Sequence record: KX011028.1
Source of the DNA: Staphylococcus phage pSco-10
Strand: one strand, 5' to 3'
Length of the DNA: 64,000 bases
The stretch's first letter is position 1. Every line of letters begins with the position of its first letter. The notes beneath the pieces were generated by a model that saw only the letters and a list, made by a program, of their open reading frames with translations, was not told the DNA's origin and searched no databases. The translations under genes were made by a program, and so were the position numbers. This document shows positions 9,161 through 20,900 of this stretch, in pieces.

Positions 9161-10603
9161 TTAAATTCCAGGTAATCCTCCGAATGTGTTATTTATAGCT
9201 TCTATTTTATTATCTTTATCCTGGAATTTACTTGTATCTTCTTTTCCATTATCGGATAACAATTGAATATGTTCTTGTTTTTCTTCCGGTGTTTCATCTC
9301 TTACAATCATCTTAGTTGGTTCTACTTTAAGATTAACAAACCGTTCTCCTGTGTTAGAGCTGTTACGGATTTTATCTAAATATAATCTTAGGAAACCACT
9401 CTTGAATTCTTCATCTTTTTGGTTTACTGCTAATGATACCTCAACAGCATTGACAATCTTACGAGAACCCTCTACATGCTCACTTGTAATGACATCTGAA
9501 CCGTAAGCTCCACGGTTGGTCTGAGCTAAAGTCCAACATACAAATCCATACTGTTGTGATAATCTACGGATATCTTCAAACAGTTTACCGCCTGCATCTG
9601 ACTCTGAGTGATACTTAGCGTAAGGGTTTCTCATTAGATGAGGGTAGTCAATGATAACAACATCAATATTCTTATCTTTCTTAATTGTAGTATTAACAAT
9701 AATTTGCTCTAATTGGTTTGGTGTAACTTCACCTGGCATGTGTTTAGAAATATAGAAGTCACCTAATAACTTTCTATTCTTCTGATAATGATTTTGTAAG
9801 GCACCATAAACTTTACTATTTAAAGACATATCTTGGTTTACTAGTTGGTTTTTCTCTACACCTGCCATTTGTTGCTCTGCACGTAAAATCATTCTATCCA
9901 TTTTTTCCTCTAATGCAATATATAAAACACTTAGCCCACTCTTCACATAGTTTTTAGCTAAGTTAGAAGCCATTAATGACTTACCTCTACCAGTTGGAGC
10001 TATAATTAATCCAACCTCTCCTCTTGCTATACCACCTTCAATGTGGCTATCAATAGAATTAAACCCTGTAGAGAATTTATTTGTAGCTAAATTACTTAAT
10101 AGTTCCTGTTTCTTTTCAGTATCTTCGAAGAAATCAATAAATTCCCCGTTGCCTCCTGAAATATCACTTACCTCTATTTGTTTTAATTTATCTACAAGCT
10201 CATGTAAGTTGTCTGAGTCTTCTTGTTTATTTTCTGCAATAAACTTAACTAATACTTCCTTAGACATTTCTGTTTTAATATACTTTTCTATTTCATAGTT
10301 AACAGACTCATCTTTCTCATTAACATCTACTTTGTATAAATCTTCTAAGTAAGTTAAAGTTTTAGTTACTCTCTCTTCATCTTCCTTATTATTACCCATA
10401 AGCTGTTCTACTTTAATTGCTAATGCTTCATTTGACATCTTATCGGAAATGTGTGCTGTTCTCTTTATAGCTGTAAATAAGTAACCCATATCCTCAGACT
10501 CTGCTGAGAATAGGTTCTTAGGTAAGTTATCTAATACTTCTCTTGCAAAATGTATATCCTTCATTGATTTATGAAGAATAAGCTCCTTTATCTTTTTACT
10601 CAT
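9161..10603 (-). CDS. DnaB-like replicative helicase
   Basis: Walker A GLIIAPTGRGKS. DnaB H2-like motif IDVVIIDYPHLM. Confidence 0.75.
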   Translation of the reverse strand: MSKKIKELILHKSMKDIHFAREVLDNLPKNLFSAESEDMGYLFTAIKRTAHISDKMSNEALAIKVEQLMGNNKEDEERVTKTLTYLEDLYKVDVNEKDESVNYEIEKYIKTEMSKEVLVKFIAENKQEDSDNLHELVDKLKQIEVSDISGGNGEFIDFFEDTEKKQELLSNLATNKFSTGFNSIDSHIEGGIARGEVGLIIAPTGRGKSLMASNLAKNYVKSGLSVLYIALEEKMDRMILRAEQQMAGVEKNQLVNQDMSLNSKVYGALQNHYQKNRKLLGDFYISKHMPGEVTPNQLEQIIVNTTIKKDKNIDVVIIDYPHLMRNPYAKYHSESDAGGKLFEDIRRLSQQYGFVCWTLAQTNRGAYGSDVITSEHVEGSRKIVNAVEVSLAVNQKDEEFKSGFLRLYLDKIRNSSNTGERFVNLKVEPTKMIVRDETPEEKQEHIQLLSDNGKEDTSKFQDKDNKIEAINNTFGGLPGI

Positions 10604-12209
10604 AGTTATTAACCTCTTCCTCTACTAAATGTATAAGTTTATTATAATCCAACATACCTTCTTTTGTCAAGGGTATTTTATCAATTAAATTATATTTCTC
10701 TACAATATATTTTACTTCTCTTAAGTTTACTTCATAGCCTAAATAATCTCCAAACATTCTTAGTATATAATAAGTAGAAGTATACTGTCTCATATAAAGG
10801 TACTCATTACCGTTCTGTTCTAGGTTTTGTATATCCATTCCACTAAGTGAATCTTTATCCACTCTACCGCCTAAGCTTAATGGTAGTAAGTCTTCTCGTT
10901 TAATACCATTATTTAATTGTTTATCATGAACAATATACTCTTTTTGCATAGTGAACATTGATAATCTTGCTGAAGGTGATATACTCGTTGGTGAATATTC
11001 ATTAATTATACATTGTTTTACATATTTATTAATAATACCTCTTTCTTCCTCAGGTAAGTTCTTAACTTCCTCTTCAATCATAGAATTATATTGCAGTAAT
11101 ACAATATGTTTCATATTTCCAAATAATCCATAAGAAGCATTCTCAAGGTCTAAGGCTTGTTCAAACATTGTATCAATATCATGTAGAGTAGAATTTAACC
11201 CTGTAGTGTATAATTGATGTAAATGTAATACAGCAGGATTCTTCACATAGTCTGAAGAATTAATAATACTATCTGTATCTCCTAGGTGTCTGTTGGTATT
11301 GTTAATACCTTTTTTTATTCCTTTAATATAATTATTATAGTTTTTAAAATACTTATCTGAACTAAAGAAGTTAGGAGAAGGTATTGGATTAGGGTGCATA
11401 CCATTCTCATAATAAAATGTTACATTCTTAAACACGTTTTGCATATATTTAAATACATTAATATTTTTATCTTTTATTTTTAAATAAAAATTATAAAAGG
11501 TATTAAATGTTTTACTACCAAAGAAATTATCACTTACACTATTTCTAGGTAAGTTCTGAATCATTTTATTTCTATAGTATTCAGACATATGTTGATGGTA
11601 GTCATACTCATCTTTAGTTGTGGCTTTACTCATTGCTTTAAGATGACTCGTATGTTTAGCATCCATATGAGAGATAGCGTATTGGTCATAAAGCTTACAA
11701 AGTATATATGCTTTATAGAATCCTTCAGGGTCATAGGACATATTAAAAACTTCCCTAGAAGGGTAAGGAAGACCTTCTGAATGGAAATTCATATCAGATA
11801 TAATCTTTCTTTTCTCATCTTTAATAGCATTATACTGAGTCATTTCTAATTTTGTACGTCTTCGTTGTTCTTTTCTCTCATATCTATATGAAGGGAAATG
11901 TTTCTCTCTAAGTTCTTTGGCATATTGTAAGTTTGAAGTGATAATGTTATCTTCAGCCTCATTAAACTCTTTTAACTCTTCAGTATTATAGTCTCTCACT
12001 AAAGTTATCACTATACCACCATTCTTACCTCTTTTAGACACAGTAACAATTTTATTTTCTTCTTCTAACTTTTTAAGGTTATTGGATAAAGCAGAGATGG
12101 AAACGTCTAGAGAGTCTGCTAGCTCTTTCTTAGTAGAAATATGAAATTTATTTTCTGTAGCATTTTCTTCTAGATACTGGTATAACTTTCGTTGTGTTTT
12201 TGTTGCCAT
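10596..12209 (-). CDS. DNA-binding protein with N-terminal winged helix (possible replication initiation or regulator)
   Basis: N-terminal LADSLDVSISALSNNLKKLEEENKIV HTH-like segment. Confidence 0.55.
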   Translation of the reverse strand: MATKTQRKLYQYLEENATENKFHISTKKELADSLDVSISALSNNLKKLEEENKIVTVSKRGKNGGIVITLVRDYNTEELKEFNEAEDNIITSNLQYAKELREKHFPSYRYERKEQRRRTKLEMTQYNAIKDEKRKIISDMNFHSEGLPYPSREVFNMSYDPEGFYKAYILCKLYDQYAISHMDAKHTSHLKAMSKATTKDEYDYHQHMSEYYRNKMIQNLPRNSVSDNFFGSKTFNTFYNFYLKIKDKNINVFKYMQNVFKNVTFYYENGMHPNPIPSPNFFSSDKYFKNYNNYIKGIKKGINNTNRHLGDTDSIINSSDYVKNPAVLHLHQLYTTGLNSTLHDIDTMFEQALDLENASYGLFGNMKHIVLLQYNSMIEEEVKNLPEEERGIINKYVKQCIINEYSPTSISPSARLSMFTMQKEYIVHDKQLNNGIKREDLLPLSLGGRVDKDSLSGMDIQNLEQNGNEYLYMRQYTSTYYILRMFGDYLGYEVNLREVKYIVEKYNLIDKIPLTKEGMLDYNKLIHLVEEEVNNYE

Positions 12210-12220
12210 CTCTTACCCTC

Positions 12221-13969
12221 CTATTTTCCTAAGTCTTTTATTTCAAAATCTTCCTCTTCATAGATTTTCCTACGCTCATTAGAATGAGTATATAAAAATC
12301 TATTTGTCATATCATTAAAATCAAATATTTGTGTTGTATTGTCATCTTTCTTCTTACGTAAAGCACGTCCGATGCGTTGTAGTGTCTGTCTTAATGATTT
12401 ACCTCCTGCACCTAATATTAGTGCATTAATACCGGATATATCTACACCCTCATCAATAAGTGATGTAGCTATCATTACTTTAAGCTTACCACTTCTCATG
12501 TCATTTAGTTTTTCTCTTCTAGTTTCAGAGTCTATTTCCCCATGTAAGAAGTAGTGTTCTACATCTAAATCATTTAACATTTCTGATATTGTATCTCCGT
12601 GTTCTATGAAGTTTACAATGATTAGTGTTCCTTTATCTTGATTATACCACTTTTCTGTTAGTTTTGCAATAAGTTTATTCCTAAAATCATTATTTGTTAT
12701 ACCTTTATCATAAGCTTCCCTATAATCATCAATTCTATCTATATCATTAGGATTAGCTACTGGTATAATATTTATTGTCGGTCTAGCAGAATGACCTTCT
12801 TCAATCAAGAACTTATTAGTAGTTCTAGCTATAACATTACCAAATAAGGCTTGTAGTCTCATCCATAGTAATTCATCTTTCTTATCTATAGAACCTGTTA
12901 GTGCAATCCTGTACAATGCCTTTTCACATGTCATTAGGTTATTATACCATGAGTCTGATTTAGAGTGGTGTGCTTCATCAACTATCATAACAGTTACTGA
13001 ATCTAGGAAGTTTCTCATATCTTGGTATTTATCATACTTCTTTTCATTCTTTTCTCTAACAACTTTTTGGAAATGAGCATTATGTTTCTTTAAGTTTAAT
13101 AAGACTTCTGCATCAGTTTTACTGTTTTGGTAAATTAGCTCTAAAACATTTAGTACATTTTGCTCTACCTTTGTTTTAGGTGTTGTATTATCAAGTAATA
13201 CTTTAAGTAATTTCTTTTGATTGGTACCACCTTCAAATTTAGGTAATATTTCTTGTGCAATCTTTTTACTAATATTTTGTTTAGGTGTGACTTTAACTCC
13301 TTGTGTAGGGTCTTTAAGATTTGCATTTAATGTAGGTATCATTACAACTGTAACCTGTTTAACATCAAATTTACCTGCCCCTACTTTACCAATAGGAATA
13401 TTTAGTCGTTCTTTTAATCTGTCTGCAGATTGATGGAATATCTCTGTAGAGCCTGTGAAAAATGCTACTCTTTCTCCTTTTTCTAACTGAGGTAATAGTT
13501 GGTCTATAATACCACTAGCAACTTCTGTTTTACCTCCATTAGTGGCTAAGTGGGCAATACCATTATAGAATGTTAAACTATTGTAGACAGCTTCGTATTG
13601 ATAGTCTCTTAAAGTAATTTGACCAATATTATTATCGAGTAATGTTATCTCATCATCAATATCTTCTTCAGCTAAGAAACTCTCATCACGTTCATCAATT
13701 GTTTCAAACTGGAAATTATATCTTGATTGTAACTCACCTAATAATAACTCAACTTTAAATAAAAGTCCAGTAGGAAATTTATCTTCCTCATAAACATAAA
13801 AGTCTACATACCCATCCCAACTACCTCTTTTGTAAGCAGGGCTGTATTGAAATCCTTCTTGACGTGCTCCTATAGTCGTATGGACTCTCTTTAAAAATAT
13901 ATCTTTTAAGTATTTATCATCCTCCTCAAATTCGACATAGGTATATAAGTTCTTAATTCTTAATCTCAT
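12221..13969 (-). CDS. SF2 DEAH-box helicase
   Basis: Motif I ATNGGKTEVA. Motif II DEAHHS. Helicase C motifs near the C-terminus. Confidence 0.85.
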   Translation of the reverse strand: MRLRIKNLYTYVEFEEDDKYLKDIFLKRVHTTIGARQEGFQYSPAYKRGSWDGYVDFYVYEEDKFPTGLLFKVELLLGELQSRYNFQFETIDERDESFLAEEDIDDEITLLDNNIGQITLRDYQYEAVYNSLTFYNGIAHLATNGGKTEVASGIIDQLLPQLEKGERVAFFTGSTEIFHQSADRLKERLNIPIGKVGAGKFDVKQVTVVMIPTLNANLKDPTQGVKVTPKQNISKKIAQEILPKFEGGTNQKKLLKVLLDNTTPKTKVEQNVLNVLELIYQNSKTDAEVLLNLKKHNAHFQKVVREKNEKKYDKYQDMRNFLDSVTVMIVDEAHHSKSDSWYNNLMTCEKALYRIALTGSIDKKDELLWMRLQALFGNVIARTTNKFLIEEGHSARPTINIIPVANPNDIDRIDDYREAYDKGITNNDFRNKLIAKLTEKWYNQDKGTLIIVNFIEHGDTISEMLNDLDVEHYFLHGEIDSETRREKLNDMRSGKLKVMIATSLIDEGVDISGINALILGAGGKSLRQTLQRIGRALRKKKDDNTTQIFDFNDMTNRFLYTHSNERRKIYEEEDFEIKDLGK

Positions 13970-14000
13970 TTTAATCTCCTTATATCCTTACACGAGTTAT

Positions 14001-14029
14001 AGTATACCACAGAATACTTATTAAGTCAA
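14001..14029 (-). promoter_or_regulatory. sigma-A type promoter upstream of the helicase gene
   Basis: Minus strand TTGACT (plus 14024-14029), 17-nt spacer, TGgTATACT (plus 14001-14006). Confidence 0.5.
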
Positions 14030-14030
14030 G

Positions 14031-14058
14031 AAAAAAAGACTAGGAGTTTGTCCTAGTC
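14031..14058 (-). terminator. rho-independent terminator after the tail and receptor-binding gene cluster
   Basis: Hairpin gactagga/tcctagtc followed on the minus strand by a 7-nt U run. Confidence 0.6.
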
Positions 14059-15431
14059 TATGGCATATTAATACCTATAATTCTTGTAACGTATTGTGTT
14101 TTACTGCTCTGTACTGCACTGTCTACAATTTTCCAAGTTGTTCCTGAGAAGTTGATACCTACTCTATAAAATTCTGTAACAGGTGGTTTTGTATCTGTTC
14201 TATCTCCTGAAACAAAAGTTCCTGAGCAAACGTAGGTACCACTACCATCCAAGTAGAATTTATGACAAATTGTACCTGAATCATCATTACCTTTAGTCTT
14301 CTCTACTGTCTTATGTTTAGTATAAACCTCTACATAAGAATAATTACTAATGTCATCTGAGAGATTCTTAGTGGCTCCTATAGATAAGAATGATTGTGCT
14401 CCAGTCCATAATTCTTTGTAAGATGGTGTAGTTTTTGGTGTAGACCAAGAACCACTACTAACAGCTCCAGTAGCAAACCTACCATCTGTACCTATAGCAT
14501 AATATATACCATGAAGGTTACTTACATCTGTAACATCAGATAAATATAGACCTCTACAACTATTTGGTAATGGGGAACCAGGTACCCCATTCTGAGAATA
14601 AAAACTAAAGGTTGTTTGTCCTGTTTTCTGTATATGATTCCTTATAGCCTCTTCAAATGATATTCCTTCAGACTTATAAACGAGTAGATTAAATTTCGTA
14701 CTTCCATCAGAAATATCATTTAGTATATATTTCTGCATATCAATAGGTTCAAATTCTTTTTTCCAGTCTGTGTATACTCCTGTAGGTTTCTTAATACTAG
14801 TGTACTCTTTACCAGTTTCAGAGTCAGTTAACCTAGCTAGTCTATTGTCATTAGAATCTACACTTAAATCTAAAAAACCTGAATCTACACCACTAGGCAT
14901 ACCTCCTGTCATTCCCATAACAAAATAAACACCTGGTGAAGATATATCTAAAATATTAGTACCTGTTATAACAGCATTTTTATTACTAGGTAATCCTTGA
15001 ATAAATTGCCATTCTGAACTAGAGCTTCCTGAGACAAATCTATATAACGTTTTAATTTGATTATTGTTAGTAGATAATGTGTATAAATGTTGAACTACTT
15101 TACTAGAAGTATCAAGTGGTACTACATGTAATACAACATCAATAGACTCCATGTCAGGCTTATCTAATAATGTTGCTAATGTTCTAGCTCCGATATAATA
15201 GTAACCAGGTTCTTTTATATCTCTAAGAGCTGTTATGTTTCCATAAGATTTAGTTAATCCCTTATCATCAGTTAGTTTAATTTTCTGTGATTTATTAAAA
15301 TTATAAACTAAATCATCTGTAATGTCAAATATATTTCTTTCTTTTGTTAATTCTTCTCCAATGTTATTGACCTGAGTAGTCAGGTCTCTAATAACATTGT
15401 TTTCCGTTATTGTAGTAAAATTTAATGCCAT
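14058..15431 (-). CDS. tail fiber or receptor-binding protein
   Basis: 457-aa Gly/Ser/Thr-rich beta-type protein at the distal end of the tail module. Confidence 0.6.
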   Translation of the reverse strand: MALNFTTITENNVIRDLTTQVNNIGEELTKERNIFDITDDLVYNFNKSQKIKLTDDKGLTKSYGNITALRDIKEPGYYYIGARTLATLLDKPDMESIDVVLHVVPLDTSSKVVQHLYTLSTNNNQIKTLYRFVSGSSSSEWQFIQGLPSNKNAVITGTNILDISSPGVYFVMGMTGGMPSGVDSGFLDLSVDSNDNRLARLTDSETGKEYTSIKKPTGVYTDWKKEFEPIDMQKYILNDISDGSTKFNLLVYKSEGISFEEAIRNHIQKTGQTTFSFYSQNGVPGSPLPNSCRGLYLSDVTDVSNLHGIYYAIGTDGRFATGAVSSGSWSTPKTTPSYKELWTGAQSFLSIGATKNLSDDISNYSYVEVYTKHKTVEKTKGNDDSGTICHKFYLDGSGTYVCSGTFVSGDRTDTKPPVTEFYRVGINFSGTTWKIVDSAVQSSKTQYVTRIIGINMP

Positions 15432-15437
15432 TTATGA

Positions 15438-15812
15438 TTACCCCTTTTGACCTAAAAGTTGTTGAAGCATTTTCATCATAGCTTCTTGTTGCTGTCTCAT
15501 AATCTCTAACTCTGCTTTTAAGCTATCGTATTGTTCTTTAGGTACAGTAAGTTGTTGAGACTCTTCGTCATTATCATTGCTTCGTGGTGGTACATAGTCT
15601 TTATTTTCTATAACCTCTTCAGGCTTTTTATAATACAAATATCTTTCACAGGCAAAATTATCAAAGAAGTAAGCAGGTAAAATTTCCCTATTAACTTTTA
15701 CCTGTCCGAAATCTGTGTCATAAGCACCTGCTGTTGTAAATCCTGTAATGTATTTACCTTCTCTTAGATGTAATACTATTTCATCTCTACCAATATCAAA
15801 GTATCGAGTCAT
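15438..15812 (-). CDS. hypothetical tail-module protein (possible fiber chaperone)
   Basis: 124 aa, sits between two fiber-like genes, has a C-terminal coiled coil. Confidence 0.5.
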   Translation of the reverse strand: MTRYFDIGRDEIVLHLREGKYITGFTTAGAYDTDFGQVKVNREILPAYFFDNFACERYLYYKKPEEVIENKDYVPPRSNDNDEESQQLTVPKEQYDSLKAELEIMRQQQEAMMKMLQQLLGQKG

Positions 15813-15825
15813 TCTATTTACCCTC

Positions 15826-17739
15826 CTAAAGTGTATTAATTCCTGCTATTCTATATATAGTTATTATTCCTTGAGCATTGTATCCTGATACAGATGTCGT
15901 ATTTGTAGACCCGTTTAAAGTAACTTGTTTAGCCATATTAGGTGTAGCTGAAGTAGTTGTTGGGAAAGATAAATATCCTTCAAAAAAGTCTACCCCTGAG
16001 CCTGTGGAATCATTAGCTAGATTGAAATCTCTTATATATAAGTATGGCGTTGTAGGTGTTCTTAAATCTAGAAACATTGTTTTATAATGTCCTGCTGATT
16101 TTGTTATATACACAACTTCCAACATATCATAGTTAGTCCAAGAGTCATTTAAAGGTATCGTATCTTTTGAGCCATAATCTAATGTACCTTCCCAAAGTAT
16201 TGTAGATGTTCTTTGTTGTTTTAGAGGCTTCCAACCGTAATTATATCCACCATAATATAAGGTGTAAGGTATACCTTCTGAATCTGTAAATACCAGTTTA
16301 ATAAACTTATTAGTACTATTTGGGTCACCTTTATCATAATCTACTTGTATAGTTCCTCTAATAGAACGTCCTCTAGGTGTTCCCTCGATAGAGCCCTGAC
16401 AATAGAAAGTATGGTAGCCTTGAGGTACTGTCATAATTAAGTCTTTTAGAGACATACCGTTTACATCATTCTCAAACCATGCATACTTAAAGTAATTTCT
16501 ATTATCTACATCTGAAGTATAGTTATTTAATATTGATTGTTCATCAGCATACTCCGACCAATTTGACCAAATCTCATCGTATTGTACTTTATCGTCTTGA
16601 TGTGTTATGAAAGGTGTGGCTTTATTACCTTTTTCTAATTTAGGTAAAGCATAATAACCTGTCATACCAGTACCTGTCCCTGAGTTAACAGTAGTAATAC
16701 GCATAGCACAAGCAATATACTTAGCTTCTGATTCAGGAGGTACTGTAGCTGTTACAGTAAGTCTTTGCCATTCTTTCTCTTTTAAATCTGCTTTATAGTA
16801 TTTAGCACTTTGTATAGAGGTGTTAACATCTAATAAATCATCAGTATATTTATCCACTTGTATATAAAACGCATTATCTTTCATTGCCTCTAAGCTAGGA
16901 ACATACAAGTAAGTAGAGAATGTTAATTCTTCTCCAGGTTGTACATCTTTGCCTATTTCTAACCCTCTACTTCTAATAATAGGATATTTTGCTGTCCCAT
17001 TGTTAGTCACCTTAGCTGTTTTATTCCCTTCGAAACTTATATCATTTGTAATTGAAGTATCAGATGTGTCTATTGTATCCCATTTCCAATTACTATTTCT
17101 ATCTGTGTAAGGTTTTAAGTTATACTGTGTTTCCTCAAATAAACTATCTCTAAGTAAGTTAGGGTTTTGTTCTTGTACAGGAAGCTTTCTTATCATTTTA
17201 AATGTAGATGTAGAATTAACAGGGTTAAACTCTACTAAAGACGAGACACCATTTTTACTTTCTTTATAATTAACCCATCCTGTATTTAAGTTCTCTTTAA
17301 GGGGATTAATTAATGTTGCGTACTGAGTTGTAGATTCAGTAAGTTCTTTTACATTCAAAGTATTACCTTCATTGTATAAGTTACCTTCATCTAATTTAAA
17401 ACTAATCCAATCATATACTGTTTTATCAGCATAAGTCTTAATATACATTTTATTACTATTAAATGGTGAATAATATACTTTGTAATAACGTGAATTTCTT
17501 TTATCTAACCGTACGAATCCATTCCGATTTTCTCCTGGTGGGAAATTTGTAGAAGTTGTCACATAATAATTACCACTATCAGGAATCTTATCTAGTATAT
17601 TATTAAAATCAGGCTGTGATATTACTTTTAAATCACTAGGATTAACCTCTGTTTTTAAGAAGTTACCTATATCATTTACCTTAGGATACATATCCTTTAA
17701 CTTTTGTGTTTCAGTAAGAGGCGTGTAGTTAAATGCCAT
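15826..17739 (-). CDS. receptor-binding protein
   Basis: 637 aa with a carbohydrate-binding-like beta-rich C-terminus. Position and size match Kayvirus RBPs. Confidence 0.6.
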   Translation of the reverse strand: MAFNYTPLTETQKLKDMYPKVNDIGNFLKTEVNPSDLKVISQPDFNNILDKIPDSGNYYVTTSTNFPPGENRNGFVRLDKRNSRYYKVYYSPFNSNKMYIKTYADKTVYDWISFKLDEGNLYNEGNTLNVKELTESTTQYATLINPLKENLNTGWVNYKESKNGVSSLVEFNPVNSTSTFKMIRKLPVQEQNPNLLRDSLFEETQYNLKPYTDRNSNWKWDTIDTSDTSITNDISFEGNKTAKVTNNGTAKYPIIRSRGLEIGKDVQPGEELTFSTYLYVPSLEAMKDNAFYIQVDKYTDDLLDVNTSIQSAKYYKADLKEKEWQRLTVTATVPPESEAKYIACAMRITTVNSGTGTGMTGYYALPKLEKGNKATPFITHQDDKVQYDEIWSNWSEYADEQSILNNYTSDVDNRNYFKYAWFENDVNGMSLKDLIMTVPQGYHTFYCQGSIEGTPRGRSIRGTIQVDYDKGDPNSTNKFIKLVFTDSEGIPYTLYYGGYNYGWKPLKQQRTSTILWEGTLDYGSKDTIPLNDSWTNYDMLEVVYITKSAGHYKTMFLDLRTPTTPYLYIRDFNLANDSTGSGVDFFEGYLSFPTTTSATPNMAKQVTLNGSTNTTSVSGYNAQGIITIYRIAGINTL

Positions 17740-17898
17740 CTATTTTTCTCCTCTCTCTTTCTTTAATTCATTAAGAAGTCTATCAACTTCATTAATTTTT
17801 TCCTTATATGTTCTTTCTAATTCCTTAATTGATTTCTCTTCAACAGTAGGAATAAACAGCTTAGCTTGAGAATAAGGGTCTCTAACTTCTCTAGGCAT
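17740..17898 (-). CDS. small ORF (52 aa) absent from the track, sequence MPREVRDPYSQAKLF...
   Basis: ATG at 17896-17898 preceded by AAGGAGAG. Its stop abuts the start of the downstream RBP gene. Confidence 0.4.
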   Translation of the reverse strand: MPREVRDPYSQAKLFIPTVEEKSIKELERTYKEKINEVDRLLNELKKERGEK

Positions 17899-17912
17899 AT
17901 AAATCTCTCCTT

Positions 17913-17943
17913 ATTAAATAAAGAGGGGTCAACCAACCCCTCT
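17913..17943 (-). terminator. rho-independent terminator after the 1153-aa tail protein gene
   Basis: Hairpin agaggggu/accccucu followed by uuauuuaau on the minus strand. Confidence 0.5.
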
Positions 17944-20900
17944 AGTTTTCATCCCTAGTAGTAACCATAAGTCTACGAACACGAGGACGTAAAAAGCTAT
18001 TTTCAGTTGATAAGTCTAATCTAACTTGTAGTTTAGTATTTGTTCCTGATGATTTTACTTTCTCGTCAATGACGTAGCGTGTAAACTCATTGTTGGCTCT
18101 AGTAGTTGTAGGTGATTTAGTAAATGTTTTCCAAGTTTTCCCATCATCATCAGAGTACTTAGGAACAACTTTAGTACCTCTAGGTAAGAAAGCTTCATAA
18201 CTAAATCTTATTGTATTGTAAGGAGCCTCTGTCATATCAATAGCTCTGCCGATATATGAGCCTGTTAATTCTGTTAAGAATGTAGTGAATGTTAAATCAT
18301 TAGAGCTCATTAGTGGTGAGATATATCTATTTGATTCAAAAGTTGCTCTTAACTTAATTTGTCTTGCTAAACCTAAAACATCTAAGTCTTGGTAGTTACC
18401 AATAGGCTCCCATTTCAATTGGTCGAATGTTGTAGAAGATGCCATATCATCTAAAATAACTTTCATTTCCCATGTACATCCTGTTCTCTCAGGAGTTAAG
18501 TACGTAGACATAAGAACTATTCTATCTGCAGATACATCTTTAATTGGTTCGAATTCAATTGTTGCTGTCTCATTAAATTTAGAAGTATAGATACCAAATT
18601 TAAGGTCAGAGTTTTGATGTGGAGTCCATGTTGATGCGTTTGATGAGCTGAATAATACACCTTGAATGTAAGGGTTACCTGAGATAACCTCATTAGGTTT
18701 ATCAATCTTAGGCTTAGTTCTAGTACCTACCCACATCGTATAATCACTGTTCTCAGTAATAATAACGATAGCGTATTCCTTACCGCCTTCAGCCATCATA
18801 GGGTCATCAAAGTATACTCTAGTTTCAGCACTAGCATTATTAGATACTTTAATATCATCAGCATTCAGAACTGTTTCTGCATAGATTGTTTTATTAGGAT
18901 ACCCTTGGTCACCCATACCTCTAATTTGGATAGTAACATTAGATTGTTTATCACCTTTAGAAGCAAAGTATAAACCTAGTGATGAAATAGTTCTGTTTTC
19001 ATCATATTGGAATGATTGTGCTAATGGGTCTACTAAGTTTACTGTTACACGAGTTCTGATAATAATATCTTGAACGGTTTTTTTACGTCCTTGAGCTGTG
19101 TAAGTTGTAGCACTTGTAGAGTTAGCATTCTTAAGTGTAACTTCTCGGTTACCGCAACGAATACCTGCAGGAATAGTAAATTTACCTTTAGCTGTTCCTT
19201 TTGCATCTGTCATGATAGTTCCATCTTCAGAACCTTTTCTGTAACCAGTTGCAGGAGTAATAGGACATCTTACACCATCAAATAATAAATATAAGTTATT
19301 ATCATTAGGGTTTAGTCCTTTAACTTCGAAGGATACATCTCTGATTCTGATGAACTCAATCATTTCTTCTAGAGTACGTTGTCCTCCTGATTCTAATAAA
19401 GTACCAGTACGTCCGTGCTCTCTATCGTAAGCGTAAGTTTCACCTTTCCACTTTTGCCCTGCATCTAATTGTAAATTAGAGTACAAGTAATGCTCAGTCT
19501 CACCATAGTAACTTTCATTATGTCTCCAAAATCGTTTCATAGTTACTTTCTTAGTTTTTTGTTCAGTGATTGTAACATTTTCAGTATCAATCCAGTTATC
19601 CTCACTAGGTGTTAGTTTCAATACACCTTGTTTATTAGGGATATTATAAGGGTTAACATTTAATGTTTCTGATGCTTGACCTTGATAGATTGTACGCTCT
19701 TCAGTAAATGGTGCTGAAATTAATCTACCCCAAATATGAGCTGTTGTATCTCCAGGAATAATCTGCGGTTGGTTAACTGCTTCTGTATAAGCTAAAGTAG
19801 CTTCTGCGTCTTCAAAACTAAATACAACACCAAAGTCAGGGTGTGTAATATCTGATTTATCTAGACTAATGAAACCTTCACTAAATACTGAACGTAACGT
19901 TAGAGGGTTCTGTCCTTCCATTGCACCATCATCTAAGGCATTTACTGCTTGGTTATACTCTAAGTTGTCTACTCTTGTTTTTACTTTTTGTAAGTCTTCC
20001 ATAGATAATCTAGTGATTGCAAATGAAATACAAACTGCTTCATCTGAATCAGGTAATACTGTAACTGTACCTAATTGTAAATTCTCAGGGTCTGTATTTA
20101 ATGGAGGTGTAACTAATCTCATAATGTTAGGCTCACCAGGTAATATTGCAATATCACCATACTTATTAATAAACACTGAATCTTTACGAGCCAAGTAGTA
20201 AGTATAGTCTACTAATACTACTGTTTGGTCAATAGGTTTAGCTCCATTTGAAGGTGTAAAGTTAATGTACCATTTCTTACTTAACCCTTCACCTTGAGTT
20301 GTTACTTCATAATCTTTACCAACTTCCATACGTTTATTATATTTATAAGAAACATAGTATGAAGTACCGCCTGAGGGTTCTTGTCCTTGAGGTGACCAGT
20401 CAATCGTTTGACCGTCTGTTAATCTGAAGTCTTCTCCTTGTTTATATTCTTTTGTAGTAACTCCAGGGCTTGTTTCAGTCCAAACTTTTACAATCTCAAA
20501 CGCTGTATTATTAGATAAGAAGTCTTGACCGTCACCTTCTGCTCCTCTAGTAACTCGTTCTTTTTCAATAAGTACTTGACCTGTAACACGTTTTATTTCG
20601 TTTACAGGGCTATTAGCTAAACTAATAGAATTACTAGATTTATTGAAAACTGTACTTTCATTCTCTGCCGTACCTAAGTCATAAGATTTTGGTACACTAA
20701 TTCTTGTTGATACGGGTTTATCTACTTTAAAACCTTTTACATAGGCTTTACCTGCATCTACAACTACAGAAACGTGGTCATCATCTTCAGCATTACCTTC
20801 TGAGAATAACTCAAAACCACTTACTTTATATGAACCTGATTCATCATAAGTACGTTCAGCTAATACTTTATTGATTTTATCCATCTCAGCATTAGTTGAT

